The position numbers were made by a program, and so were the translations under genes. Positions 56,322 to 64,000 of a stretch of 64,000 nt of DNA are shown piece after piece. The stretch covers positions 4,910-68,909 of the forward strand of contig MHRF01000005.1 of the NCBI GenBank assembly GCA_001820875.1, read 5' to 3'. Position 1 is the first letter of the stretch. Every line of letters starts with the position of its first letter. The DNA is from Candidatus Taylorbacteria bacterium RIFCSPHIGHO2_01_FULL_46_22b. GTDB taxonomy: Bacteria > Patescibacteriota > Minisyncoccia > Phycocordibacterales > DSPV01. The notes below the pieces were generated by a model. It did not search any database. It was not told the origin of the DNA and saw only the letters and a program-made list of their open reading frames with translations.

Positions 56322-56995
56322 TCTTGCTTCTGATCCGATACAATCTTGCCATCTTTGAGTGAAATCAGGCGGCCGGCCATCTTCGCATATTCCTCTTCAT
56401 GCGTCACCATGACGATCGTCTGCCCTTCTTTGTGTAATTGCAAAAACGTATCAATGACCGGCCGCGCGCTGGTTGAATCTAGGTTTGCTGTCGGTTCGTC
56501 AGCAAATAAAATATGCGGGTGATGCACAATCGCGCGAGCAATCGAAACTCGCTGCTGCTGACCCCCCGAAAGTGCGCTTGGCAAATTCTGCATCTTGTCA
56601 GAGAGATTCACACGCGCAAGCGCTTCTTCTGCCTTTTTAAAGGCAAGCATTTTTGACATTCCCTGCATCAGCATCGGAAGTGCCACATTTTCAAGCGCAT
56701 TCAGTTCCGGAAGCAGTGCGTAATCCTGAAACACATATCCAAGTTCTTTGAGGCGGAATTCTGTTTTCTGGCGTTCATTTAAATCGGCAGTCCGTATGCC
56801 GTCCAGAAAAACATCCCCTGCAGTGGGAACATCTAGAAGCGACAACTGATACAAAAGCGTTGACTTTCCTGCTCCCGACGGCCCAATAATTGCCACGAAC
56901 TCTCCAGAATTAATTTCAAGGCTGATCTCTTTGAGGACAGTAATTTCCAAATCACCTTTCCCGAAACTTTTTACTAATTGCGATGCTTTTATCAT
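56318..56995 (-). CDS. ABC transporter ATP-binding protein (MacB/LolD/FtsE type)
   Basis: GPSGAGKSTLL, LSGGQQQRVSIARA and ILFADEPTANLD. Confidence 0.85.
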   Translation of the reverse strand: MIKASQLVKSFGKGDLEITVLKEISLEINSGEFVAIIGPSGAGKSTLLYQLSLLDVPTAGDVFLDGIRTADLNERQKTEFRLKELGYVFQDYALLPELNALENVALPMLMQGMSKMLAFKKAEEALARVNLSDKMQNLPSALSGGQQQRVSIARAIVHHPHILFADEPTANLDSTSARPVIDTFLQLHKEGQTIVMVTHEEEYAKMAGRLISLKDGKIVSDQKQD

Positions 56996-57010
56996 GTATG
57001 TTCGGGAAGA

Positions 57011-58306
57011 TTAGCGTCCCAATATTGAATCAAGTGTATTCTTCCGAACAATCAATTTTGCCGGCACATAGCCGGCAAGCAGGGTAACTACCAAAAGGAT
57101 GGCAACGCGCAAAAACGCGCTTCCGTAGGTCGCCACAAGGATTCCATCAGAGAACGGGAAATTGATTGGATATGCGTCAAAATAGGGCTTCAGGAAGGCA
57201 AATACGAGGACTAAACCAACGACAGACCCAACTATTCCATAGAATAAGGCTTGAAAAATATAGGAGATCTCAATCGCGAGCGGGCTGATGCCGATACCTT
57301 TCATAATGCCGATAAACTTGCGTTTCGTGACTGCATTGATAAACACAACAATAAAAATTGTGATCGAGGCGACAATGAGTGCAAATGACGAAAGTGCGTT
57401 ACCAAGAATTCCCATGGTCATCTCAATGTCACGAAGAAAGGACGGAATTGCTTCTGCGCTTGTTTGTATGCGCGCCACATCCGGACCAGTAAACGCGGTG
57501 GTCTCTGCAACTAGTGTTGAAGCAAACGAGTCGTCTGTCTTCACCGCAATCTCCTGCACCTCCTCTTTGTTGACCGGAATCATACGTTTAAGTTCCCGAT
57601 CATTTATAAACGCACGCGTTGAAATTTGATCAACTTTGCTCTTCACAATTCCCTTTACAATAAAATCTTTCCGAACAGGACCATCAGCAGAGGCAAGCGA
57701 CACACGAACACGAGTCCCCACGCGCACGTTGGTCAAAAGAGTTATACCGGGGATATTTGCATCAGCAAAAGAGGAATATTCCTTGATCATGTTGGCACCG
57801 ATAAGCATGTAACCATCCTCGTTTTCATCAAGCATCTCGCCTTCAACTACAAAACGAGAGAAGCGAGTCACTATTTCTTCCTCTACCGGCTCAATTCCCA
57901 CGACCTGCATGCTGATTTTGTTTGGCTGTTCATTTTTTCCGGGGAGATCGGTGAGCGTGCCGAGGATTTCTGCTCCAGCCACATGTCGTGCAGAAAGAGC
58001 TGTCACACGCGGATGACTACGTAAAAACGAGATAAGATCTGCGGAATGCTCGATATGATCAAGTTGCGGTGCAGTGGTAATAATCATCTCTCCTGAATAA
58101 CTCTGCTTGAATGCTTCAAACGATCCGGAAATAAGACCCAAGAGAAGTCCTGAAACAACCACAAGATTGAGAAAAGTCAGCACCATGATAGAGATAATCA
58201 GCGTGGTAGTTCCTTTGCTTGAACGGCGTATCTGCCGCACACCTAAAAACCAACCGACGCGCAGTGCATCGGTCAATTCGCGCTTCAAATCAATAATCCG
58301 CTTCAT
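57011..58306 (-). CDS. ABC transporter permease, FtsX/MacB-like
   Basis: TM1, a large extracytoplasmic domain, then 3 C-terminal TM helices, as in the FtsX-like permease family. Confidence 0.7.
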   Translation of the reverse strand: MKRIIDLKRELTDALRVGWFLGVRQIRRSSKGTTTLIISIMVLTFLNLVVVSGLLLGLISGSFEAFKQSYSGEMIITTAPQLDHIEHSADLISFLRSHPRVTALSARHVAGAEILGTLTDLPGKNEQPNKISMQVVGIEPVEEEIVTRFSRFVVEGEMLDENEDGYMLIGANMIKEYSSFADANIPGITLLTNVRVGTRVRVSLASADGPVRKDFIVKGIVKSKVDQISTRAFINDRELKRMIPVNKEEVQEIAVKTDDSFASTLVAETTAFTGPDVARIQTSAEAIPSFLRDIEMTMGILGNALSSFALIVASITIFIVVFINAVTKRKFIGIMKGIGISPLAIEISYIFQALFYGIVGSVVGLVLVFAFLKPYFDAYPINFPFSDGILVATYGSAFLRVAILLVVTLLAGYVPAKLIVRKNTLDSILGR

Positions 58307-58428
58307 ATAACTTCTCTAGCCTACACGAAAATATGAATCTTTTCTACGTGCTATCTCTTATTTGAAAAATGCTGGCGAATAGGGCAGAATGCTTCCAGAA
58401 CAATAAACCCCGTTACGAAAGGCTGATC

Positions 58429-59157
58429 ATGTCTGCACACAAGGACATTCTGTTTGCGTTCGATCTCGACAACACCGTGTTCAGAAACCACGACACGTGG
58501 GATCGCATTTTCAAAGAGACAAGTCTGGCACTATTTGGCGTCCCGCTTCTCTACACTCGACACGTTGACGGAACACTCGACACACACTTCACCAGTCGAA
58601 ATTTGAGAGACACATTGAGTGTGCGATTGCAGGAGGCCCAGATTCCTGAAGACGCACTTACCTTCCCGACATTTCTCGATCGGTTCAATACTGAAGCGCT
58701 TCGCGTGCGAGGACCCATCAAAGCCGAAAAATTCGACGGGGTTGATGCGTTCATCGAACATGTCGGTGACACACGTCGATTCGCCACGTGGCGTCCCGCG
58801 ATTGTTACCGCCGGCGATAAATGCATCCAGATTCGCGCGTTGGAGGCATTGAAGCTCCTTAACCGCTTCGACATGAGTTATTCGTTCTTTCAGGGAGACA
58901 AGGCAAGCAAGGTCGAAGCCCTTGCATGGATTGCGCAAACACTTCGTCCGCATGCACTCGTGTACTTTGGCGACACACCTGCGGACATGCAAGCTCTCTG
59001 CCACCCCGCTGTGCAAGTCCAAGAAAAGATCGCGGTCGGTGTCACCGTTGCCAAACTAGTGACGCCTGACATGCTCCGCGACGCTGGCGCACATCTCATC
59101 CTTGATGATTTCAGGAATGGCGCATTCCAGAAACTCCGAGATTTCTTGGTGACCTGA
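58429..59157 (+). CDS. HAD-superfamily hydrolase, GC-rich
   Basis: FAFDLDNTVF (DxD motif I) and GDTPADM (motif IV-like). Start at MSAHKD. Confidence 0.5.
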   Translation: MSAHKDILFAFDLDNTVFRNHDTWDRIFKETSLALFGVPLLYTRHVDGTLDTHFTSRNLRDTLSVRLQEAQIPEDALTFPTFLDRFNTEALRVRGPIKAEKFDGVDAFIEHVGDTRRFATWRPAIVTAGDKCIQIRALEALKLLNRFDMSYSFFQGDKASKVEALAWIAQTLRPHALVYFGDTPADMQALCHPAVQVQEKIAVGVTVAKLVTPDMLRDAGAHLILDDFRNGAFQKLRDFLVT

Positions 59158-59166
59158 CACCGAGTT

Positions 59167-59216
59167 CAACCCCCCGCCGCCTCGTCCCTTCAGGGACAAG
59201 CGGCGGTTTCTTTTTT
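59167..59216 (+). terminator. intrinsic terminator; copy 1 of an exact 50-nt repeat
   Basis: caaccccccgccgcctcgtccc-ttcag-ggacaagcggcggtttctttttt. Confidence 0.7.
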
Positions 59217-59303
59217 ATTGATGGACAAAAGTACAAAAATGACTAGTATCTGAATTAGAAAAAGCCGTTTGAAACGGCCAGTCAACACCGAATCCCTTAC
59301 CGA

Positions 59304-60503
59304 ATGAAAACAAACAAATGGACGGTCTATGCAGAGCGTGGTGTGTCGCCTGACAAAGCGGACGTGCACAAGGCAGTTGCAAAACTGAGCCAAGGTCTCT
59401 TCCCCACCGCCTTCTGCAAGATTCTTCCTGACGTACTTGCGGGAAGCCCCAACCACTGCAACATCTTGCACGCAGACACGGCGGGCACACTTGCGGGTCT
59501 CGTCTGGCTTGTGTGGAAAACCACCGGCAATCTTGAAGCGGTAAAATCTGCATCCATCGCGGCACTCGTCATGAACACTGACGATGTCGCCTGTGTTGGT
59601 GCGGTGGACAACTTCCTCGTCAATCAGACGGTCGGTCGCAACAGCTTCGTCGTCCCTGCGGAAGTTCTTGAAGCGGTGATCGCCGGAGCACAAGAGTTCT
59701 GCGACATGCTCGCGAGCTTGCAAATCAAATGTGTCTTCGCGGGCGGAGAAACTGCCGATGTTCCCGATATTGTGCGAACACTCGACGTCGGCTCAAGTCT
59801 TGCGGTTCGTATGAAGCGAAGCCACATCATCGACGCGGGCCGCATGGAACCCGGGGATTACATTATTGGTCTCAGTTCCACTGGGACAGCGGAGTGGGAA
59901 AAAGGAAGCAATTCCGGCATCGGCGCAAACGGTCTTACCAATGCACGACACGATCTCCTCCGACCACTGTATCGGAGTATCCGTGATTCGCACGCACCGC
60001 AAATGAGAAAAGGTCTCGCATACCGCGGGCCGTTCAAATTCGAAAACCAGTTGCCTGAAACACGCTTCACCATTGCGGAAGCACTCACTTCACCGACGCG
60101 CACCTACCTGCCCATCGTGAAAGACATTCTCCGCACAGTTGGACGCAAACACATCAAGGGAATTATCCACTGCTCCGGTGGCGGGCAAACCAAAATCGGA
60201 AAGTTTGGACCAGCACACAACCGCTACGTTAAACACACCATGTCTCCTGTTCCTCGCCTGTTCGAAACAATTCAAAAGGTGTCAGGACTCACGTGGTGGG
60301 AGATGTACAAAGTCTTCAACATGGGACACCGAATGGAATTCATTGTGCCTGATGCGAAAATAGCGCAAGACTGCATTGACGTCTCGTTTGGGTACAGAGT
60401 CCCAGCACAGGTTGTTGGCCACATTGAGGTTCGGCCTTCCAATGAACCGGAGAGGGTTTTTATCACTCTACCCCATTGCCCAACAACGGTGCTCAAGTAT
60501 TGA
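59304..60503 (+). CDS. PurM-like (AIR synthase-related) protein, GC-rich
   Basis: YAERGVSPDKA, HADTAGTL, ALVMNTDDVACVGA...FAGGETADVPD and HCSGGGQTKI parallel the PurM motifs (YKDAGVDIDAG, GTDGVGTK, GGETAEMPG, HLTGGG). Confidence 0.55.
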   Translation: MKTNKWTVYAERGVSPDKADVHKAVAKLSQGLFPTAFCKILPDVLAGSPNHCNILHADTAGTLAGLVWLVWKTTGNLEAVKSASIAALVMNTDDVACVGAVDNFLVNQTVGRNSFVVPAEVLEAVIAGAQEFCDMLASLQIKCVFAGGETADVPDIVRTLDVGSSLAVRMKRSHIIDAGRMEPGDYIIGLSSTGTAEWEKGSNSGIGANGLTNARHDLLRPLYRSIRDSHAPQMRKGLAYRGPFKFENQLPETRFTIAEALTSPTRTYLPIVKDILRTVGRKHIKGIIHCSGGGQTKIGKFGPAHNRYVKHTMSPVPRLFETIQKVSGLTWWEMYKVFNMGHRMEFIVPDAKIAQDCIDVSFGYRVPAQVVGHIEVRPSNEPERVFITLPHCPTTVLKY

Positions 60504-60511
60504 ACCTACAG

Positions 60512-60561
60512 CAACCCCCCGCCGCCTCGTCCCTTCAGGGACAAGCGGCGGTTTCTTTTTT
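60512..60561. terminator. bidirectional intrinsic terminator; copy 2 of the exact 50-nt repeat
   Basis: Identical to 59167-59216. Lies between the convergent PurM-like and PPIase genes. Confidence 0.7.
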
Positions 60562-60569
60562 GAGGTATC

Positions 60570-61217
60570 TTATTGAATCGTCACTTTCTGCACCACCACC
60601 TCATCAACTGGACGATTGGCTTCAGCTGTCGGAACATTCTCAATTTTTTGAACCACATCAATGCCTGAAATTACTTTTCCAAAGACCGTGTGTTTGGAAT
60701 CCAAGTAGCTATTATCAACGGTGTTAATGAAAAATTGACTGCCATTGGTATCGGGACCAGCATTTGCCATAGAGATGGTACCAGCTATATTTTGATTGTT
60801 GTTGGAAATTTCATCAGCAAACTTATACCCCGGACCACCCGTACCCCACCTCTCCTGCATTGATAGATCTTTGCTCAACGGATCACCTCCCTGAATCATA
60901 AATCCTTTAATCACTCGATGAAAACGAGTGCCGTTATAAAATCCAGACTCTGCAAGTTTTACAAAATTATTCACCGTATTGGGCGTAGCTTCAGCAAATA
61001 GCTCAATCTCAAACTTCCCTTTATTGGTCTCAAAAATTGCACGCATAGGTTTTGATATTTGTGTAGGAATCTCTGAATTCTCTACAGCCGCGGTTGCCTG
61101 CTCTTGATCTAGCACAAACGGCGCAAAAGAATCCTGCCCTCCCTTATTATGAGTAAAGAAAAAATATCCTCCGACAACGAGGACAACGATTGTTAACGAA
61201 ATAAAAACTCGATTCAT
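60570..61217 (-). CDS. cyclophilin-type peptidyl-prolyl cis-trans isomerase with N-terminal membrane anchor or signal
   Basis: FHRVIKGFMIQGGDP...GTISMANAGPDTNGSQFFI is the canonical cyclophilin sequence, with an N-terminal hydrophobic segment. Confidence 0.9.
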   Translation of the reverse strand: MNRVFISLTIVVLVVGGYFFFTHNKGGQDSFAPFVLDQEQATAAVENSEIPTQISKPMRAIFETNKGKFEIELFAEATPNTVNNFVKLAESGFYNGTRFHRVIKGFMIQGGDPLSKDLSMQERWGTGGPGYKFADEISNNNQNIAGTISMANAGPDTNGSQFFINTVDNSYLDSKHTVFGKVISGIDVVQKIENVPTAEANRPVDEVVVQKVTIQ

Positions 61218-61253
61218 AACGAGAAATAGTGTACCGCAAAAATTGGAAGGGGG

Positions 61254-62288
61254 CTACTGGGGAATCCTCCGCACCACCCCCTTGTCGGCGTCGACTTCAA
61301 GCATGTCGCCGTCTTTGAAAACCTTTGTGGCGATTTTGGTGCCGATCACGCACGGTTTTTTCATTTCACGAGCTACTATGGCGGCATGACAGGTGATGCC
61401 TCCCTCATCAGTGACAAATGCAGAAGCTTTTTGCATTGCTGGAATATAATCAGGAGTCGTCATTGGAGAAAGTAGTATTTCCCCTTCTTGAAGAGTTTGT
61501 ATCTCACTTTTGCGTCGTAAAATTCTAACACGACCTTTTGCTTTACCTTTATACGCAACATTCCCTGAAATTTCTTCAACAAAAGATGTGGGAATATTTT
61601 CATGTCTGAAAAGGTACTGCGGGTGCTGTTGTTCAAACTTCTCTAACCTAATCTTTTCATAGTAACTTTCTGGTATCAATACTGACGCCTGCAACCTCGC
61701 CTGCAGTTCAAGAATCGCAGGTACGGCAGTAATTTCCTTACTGAGTATGGTTGTCTCACATCCACTGACCTGTGGGTACAATGAGACTAACGTATTACGA
61801 ATCGTTTTGTCTGAGTCCTCAAAAAATGTGTCTCGATCTCGAACTTTTAATGCTTTTTCCCTCAATTTCCGTGGCGTCCGTTCATCAACAGCAGAATAGT
61901 AAAAAACGAGAAACGCCGCATCTGCTAAAAATGCAGCGGCAATGAAAGCCTGAAGCTCCTGCAGAGATGATAGTTCTTTCTCTTTCCAGCCAAACTCAAG
62001 TGGTTTAATTAAGTTTTTGTACCAAGCAATTGAACGATCTAAAAAGTCTGGGTCGCTGGTATTCTTTTCTAATAGAGAGTCTTTTAACCATTGAAGTGCT
62101 TCGACATTTTCCCATACCTCTATGGCACCTTCGTTCATGTAATACACATTGAAAGGAGCGCAGGGATTCTTCTTTTCCAAGAATACATCAAGTCCGTGTT
62201 GTTGACCGTAATACCAAGTCTCCTGAAGAATCAGACTTACATCTCTCGTGTAAGCTTTTTCAAAGTGATACTTCATTTCTCCTGCCAT
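61254..62288 (-). CDS. PEP-utilizing-enzyme mobile (phosphohistidine) domain protein with uncharacterised N-terminal domain
   Basis: The C-terminal GGITCHAAIVAREMKKPCVIGT matches the swivel-domain GG.TSHAAI.ARE.G.P.V.G including the catalytic His. The N-terminal ~250 aa have no recognised match. Confidence 0.5.
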   Translation of the reverse strand: MAGEMKYHFEKAYTRDVSLILQETWYYGQQHGLDVFLEKKNPCAPFNVYYMNEGAIEVWENVEALQWLKDSLLEKNTSDPDFLDRSIAWYKNLIKPLEFGWKEKELSSLQELQAFIAAAFLADAAFLVFYYSAVDERTPRKLREKALKVRDRDTFFEDSDKTIRNTLVSLYPQVSGCETTILSKEITAVPAILELQARLQASVLIPESYYEKIRLEKFEQQHPQYLFRHENIPTSFVEEISGNVAYKGKAKGRVRILRRKSEIQTLQEGEILLSPMTTPDYIPAMQKASAFVTDEGGITCHAAIVAREMKKPCVIGTKIATKVFKDGDMLEVDADKGVVRRIPQ

Positions 62289-62405
62289 AAATATACTCTA
62301 TCCCAAAAACCTGCAAAATTCTAACTCCAAGAAATGTTTGACATATTCACTTCTTAATGCCAATATGTTTTCTGGCTCCCGAACAAACCTCCACGTTTTA
62401 CCGAT

Positions 62406-62630
62406 ATGCTAAGCACACCTCAAATACGAGATCTTATCGACCGCGTCTGTGGACAACAGACCGCAATCCGTGATGAACTCGGTGTCAAAGATGGCAACGA
62501 ATTACTCTGGGCTGAACTCTCGGACAGCATCCAACATGAGATCGACTGCGCCGGCTGGCCATCCACGGTGGTCATCAAAGGCCGCGCCGCGATGGAGGAG
62601 TGGGTGGAAAAAATCCCCGCCCTCTGCTGA
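62406..62630 (+). CDS. hypothetical small protein (74 aa), GC-rich
   Basis: Clean ORF followed immediately by a variant of the repeated terminator. No homology recognised. Confidence 0.3.
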   Translation: MLSTPQIRDLIDRVCGQQTAIRDELGVKDGNELLWAELSDSIQHEIDCAGWPSTVVIKGRAAMEEWVEKIPALC

Positions 62631-62647
62631 TGTCGACCCACAAAACA

Positions 62648-62686
62648 CGCCGCCTCGTCCTCACTGGACAGGTGGCGGTTTCTTTT
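62648..62686. terminator. intrinsic terminator, diverged copy of the 59167/60512 repeat
   Basis: cgccgcctcgtcc-tcact-ggacaggtggcggtttctttt. Confidence 0.55.
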
Positions 62687-62693
62687 ATAACCT

Positions 62694-63347
62694 CTACAAA
62701 ATCCCGTCCCACTCTTTATAGAACCGATCCAAATATTCCTCCATAAATTCATGCCGCCTCGAAGCGATAGCTTGTGCAGATTTTGTATTCAGTCGGTCTT
62801 TGAGCAAAAGCAATTTTTCATAAAAATGATTGATGGTTGGATTCTCACTCTTTGAATATGATTCTTTGGTTCTATGCATACTTGGTTTAACCGCCGGATC
62901 ATACAAAAGTCTTCCCTTGTGACCGCCATACGCAAACGCCCGCGCGATACCGATGGCACCGATTGCATCCAATCTATCTGCATCCTGTACCACTTTTCCT
63001 TCAAGAGTCGAAGCTTCTGTCTTTACTCCTGCCCCCTTAAAACTAATTTCAGAGATTATCTTCTGTACGCGCTCAATTATTTCTGGTGCCACCTTATGCG
63101 CCACCAACATCTCTCCTGCTACACGCGGACCAACCGTGTCGTCACCTCCGTGAAATTTCCAATCGGCAATATCATGCAAAAGCGCAGCAAGTTCAACTAC
63201 AAACATATCTGCCTTCTCTTCTCTTCCAATATGCTGTGCCATCTTCCACACGCGATAAATGTGCCACCAATCGTGGCCAGACCCCTCTCCACCAAGTTTC
63301 CCCTTCACTTCATCCGCTATCACCGCAATCAAATTCTGTTCGTTCAT
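62694..63347 (-). CDS. HD-domain phosphohydrolase (YedJ/YpgQ-like)
   Basis: GHDWWHIYRVWKMAQHIG...LLHDIADWKF...VVQDADRLDAIGAIGIARAFAYGG are canonical HD motifs I-V. Confidence 0.65.
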   Translation of the reverse strand: MNEQNLIAVIADEVKGKLGGEGSGHDWWHIYRVWKMAQHIGREEKADMFVVELAALLHDIADWKFHGGDDTVGPRVAGEMLVAHKVAPEIIERVQKIISEISFKGAGVKTEASTLEGKVVQDADRLDAIGAIGIARAFAYGGHKGRLLYDPAVKPSMHRTKESYSKSENPTINHFYEKLLLLKDRLNTKSAQAIASRRHEFMEEYLDRFYKEWDGIL

Positions 63348-63435
63348 AAAACAAGTATAGCAAAATTCATAGAGCACAAAAGCCCCGCCTTTAGGCGGGG
63401 ATTTTGCTAGATATATTAGAGAAACACTTAAACGG

Positions 63436-63690
63436 CTATGAGAGGTGCTTTGAGACGAGTTTCGTCATCTCAAACATGTTCACCACTGCCTTGCCTCCAA
63501 ATACTTTCTTCAAAGCTTCATCGGCAATGATATTGCGCTTGTTTGTTGGGTCTTGCAAGTTCTTTCCTTTGATATAGACCCAGAGCTTCTTAACGACTTC
63601 TGATCGAGGCATTGGTCCGGCCCCAACCACAGCTGCCAAATCGGCACTAACGGTCAACGGCTTCATAAATGCAGAGTTTTCTTTCGCCAT
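63436..63690 (-). CDS. SWIB/MDM2-domain protein
   Basis: LAAVVGAGPMPRSEVVKKLWVYIKGKNLQDPTNKRNIIADEALKKVFGGKAVVNMFEMTKLVSKHL is the SWIB domain consensus; 84 aa. Confidence 0.8.
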   Translation of the reverse strand: MAKENSAFMKPLTVSADLAAVVGAGPMPRSEVVKKLWVYIKGKNLQDPTNKRNIIADEALKKVFGGKAVVNMFEMTKLVSKHLS

Positions 63691-63781
63691 ATATATAGTT
63701 ATTTAGTAACGAGAGTATTGTACCACCCCTCCTTCCCCTCCGCCAGTCTAATCCTGCACGGTCAAACCTTACAATACAAAG

Positions 63782-63943
63782 TTGCCTATATTGGGGCATT
63801 TGCTATATAATCTCGCCATGGTACGTATACATTCATTCTTTAGCTTCTCTTTTGAGAATTCGGACAGCCGAAGGGTGAATTAGCGTATATAAAATCTCAA
63901 GACAAATACGCCGCCGCCCCTTCGGGCGGCGGCTTTGTTTTGA
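63782..63943 (+). promoter_or_regulatory. candidate attenuator or small RNA: promoter, short F/S-rich leader ORF, intrinsic terminator, upstream of the + strand gene starting at 63986
   Basis: TTGCCT (63782), a 17-nt spacer and TGcTATATAAT, with the ATG at 63818 giving a leaderless layout. The leader ORF reads MVRIHSFFSFSFENSDSRRVN. Terminator at 63909-63943: cgccgccgcccc-ttcg-gggcggcggc followed by tttgtttt. Confidence 0.3.
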
Positions 63944-63985
63944 TATTAGTTCCTCGACAACCCCATACATGAAAGGACACAAACA

Positions 63986-64000
63986 GATGAAAAACATAAC
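63986..64000 (+). CDS. start of an unidentified CDS running off the right edge
   Basis: ATG at 63986 (MKNI...) directly after the terminator/attenuator; only 5 codons are visible. Confidence 0.25.

Noticed and set aside
1-64000. Search for CRISPR arrays, tRNA/rRNA genes, transposases and integrases
   Set aside because: No regularly spaced direct repeats, no tRNA-like T-arm (GGTTCGAATCC) or acceptor features, and no ORFs with DDE/tyrosine-recombinase motifs were seen. The only repeated elements are the terminator copies and the TTGAC operator-like triplet.

Overview
Gene-dense bacterial chromosomal segment of roughly 43-46% GC, with a handful of conspicuously GC-richer genes. Almost no Shine-Dalgarno motifs are present and many neighbouring genes overlap as ATGA, TAATG or short stop/start overlaps. 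Together with a large Wzy_C/TPR protein this is reminiscent of Patescibacteria/CPR-like genomes, but that is inference only. Left third (1-20 kb): housekeeping genes (enolase, a phosphoglycerate-mutase-like histidine phosphatase, M29 aminopeptidase, ABC exporter, secA, murB) mixed with a striking number of nucleotide house-cleaning enzymes (NUDIX, YjjX-like ITPase, MazG-like, RfaE-II-like nucleotidyltransferase), a SET-domain protein co-transcribed with secA, AI-2E and VIT1 transporters, and two candidate small RNAs. Middle (20.2-56.3 kb): an approximately 36 kb glycan biosynthesis and export locus that opens with an excisionase-family HTH gene. It combines GDP-fucose (gmd, GT10-like and GT11 fucosyltransferases), CMP-nonulosonic acid (NeuA-like, a NeuB fusion, a DUF115/Maf-like transferase, and a distant NeuC/WecB-like epimerase), dTDP-sugar (rfbB, rfbA, an rfbD-like reductase, an FdtA-like cupin, a DegT aminotransferase), an RfbH-like dehydrase plus a C-methyltransferase, six or more methyltransferases, at least six glycosyltransferases, Wzm/Wzt, an ArnC/ArnT-like pair, and unusual NUDIX-like and HD-like paralog pairs in GC-rich inserts. 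Right end (56-64 kb): a MacB/FtsX-type ABC pair, GC-rich HAD and PurM-like genes flanked by an exactly duplicated terminator, cyclophilin, a PEP-utilizer mobile-domain protein, a YedJ-like HD hydrolase, a SWIB-domain protein and a candidate leader-peptide attenuator. No CRISPR array, tRNA, rRNA, transposase or integrase was recognised.
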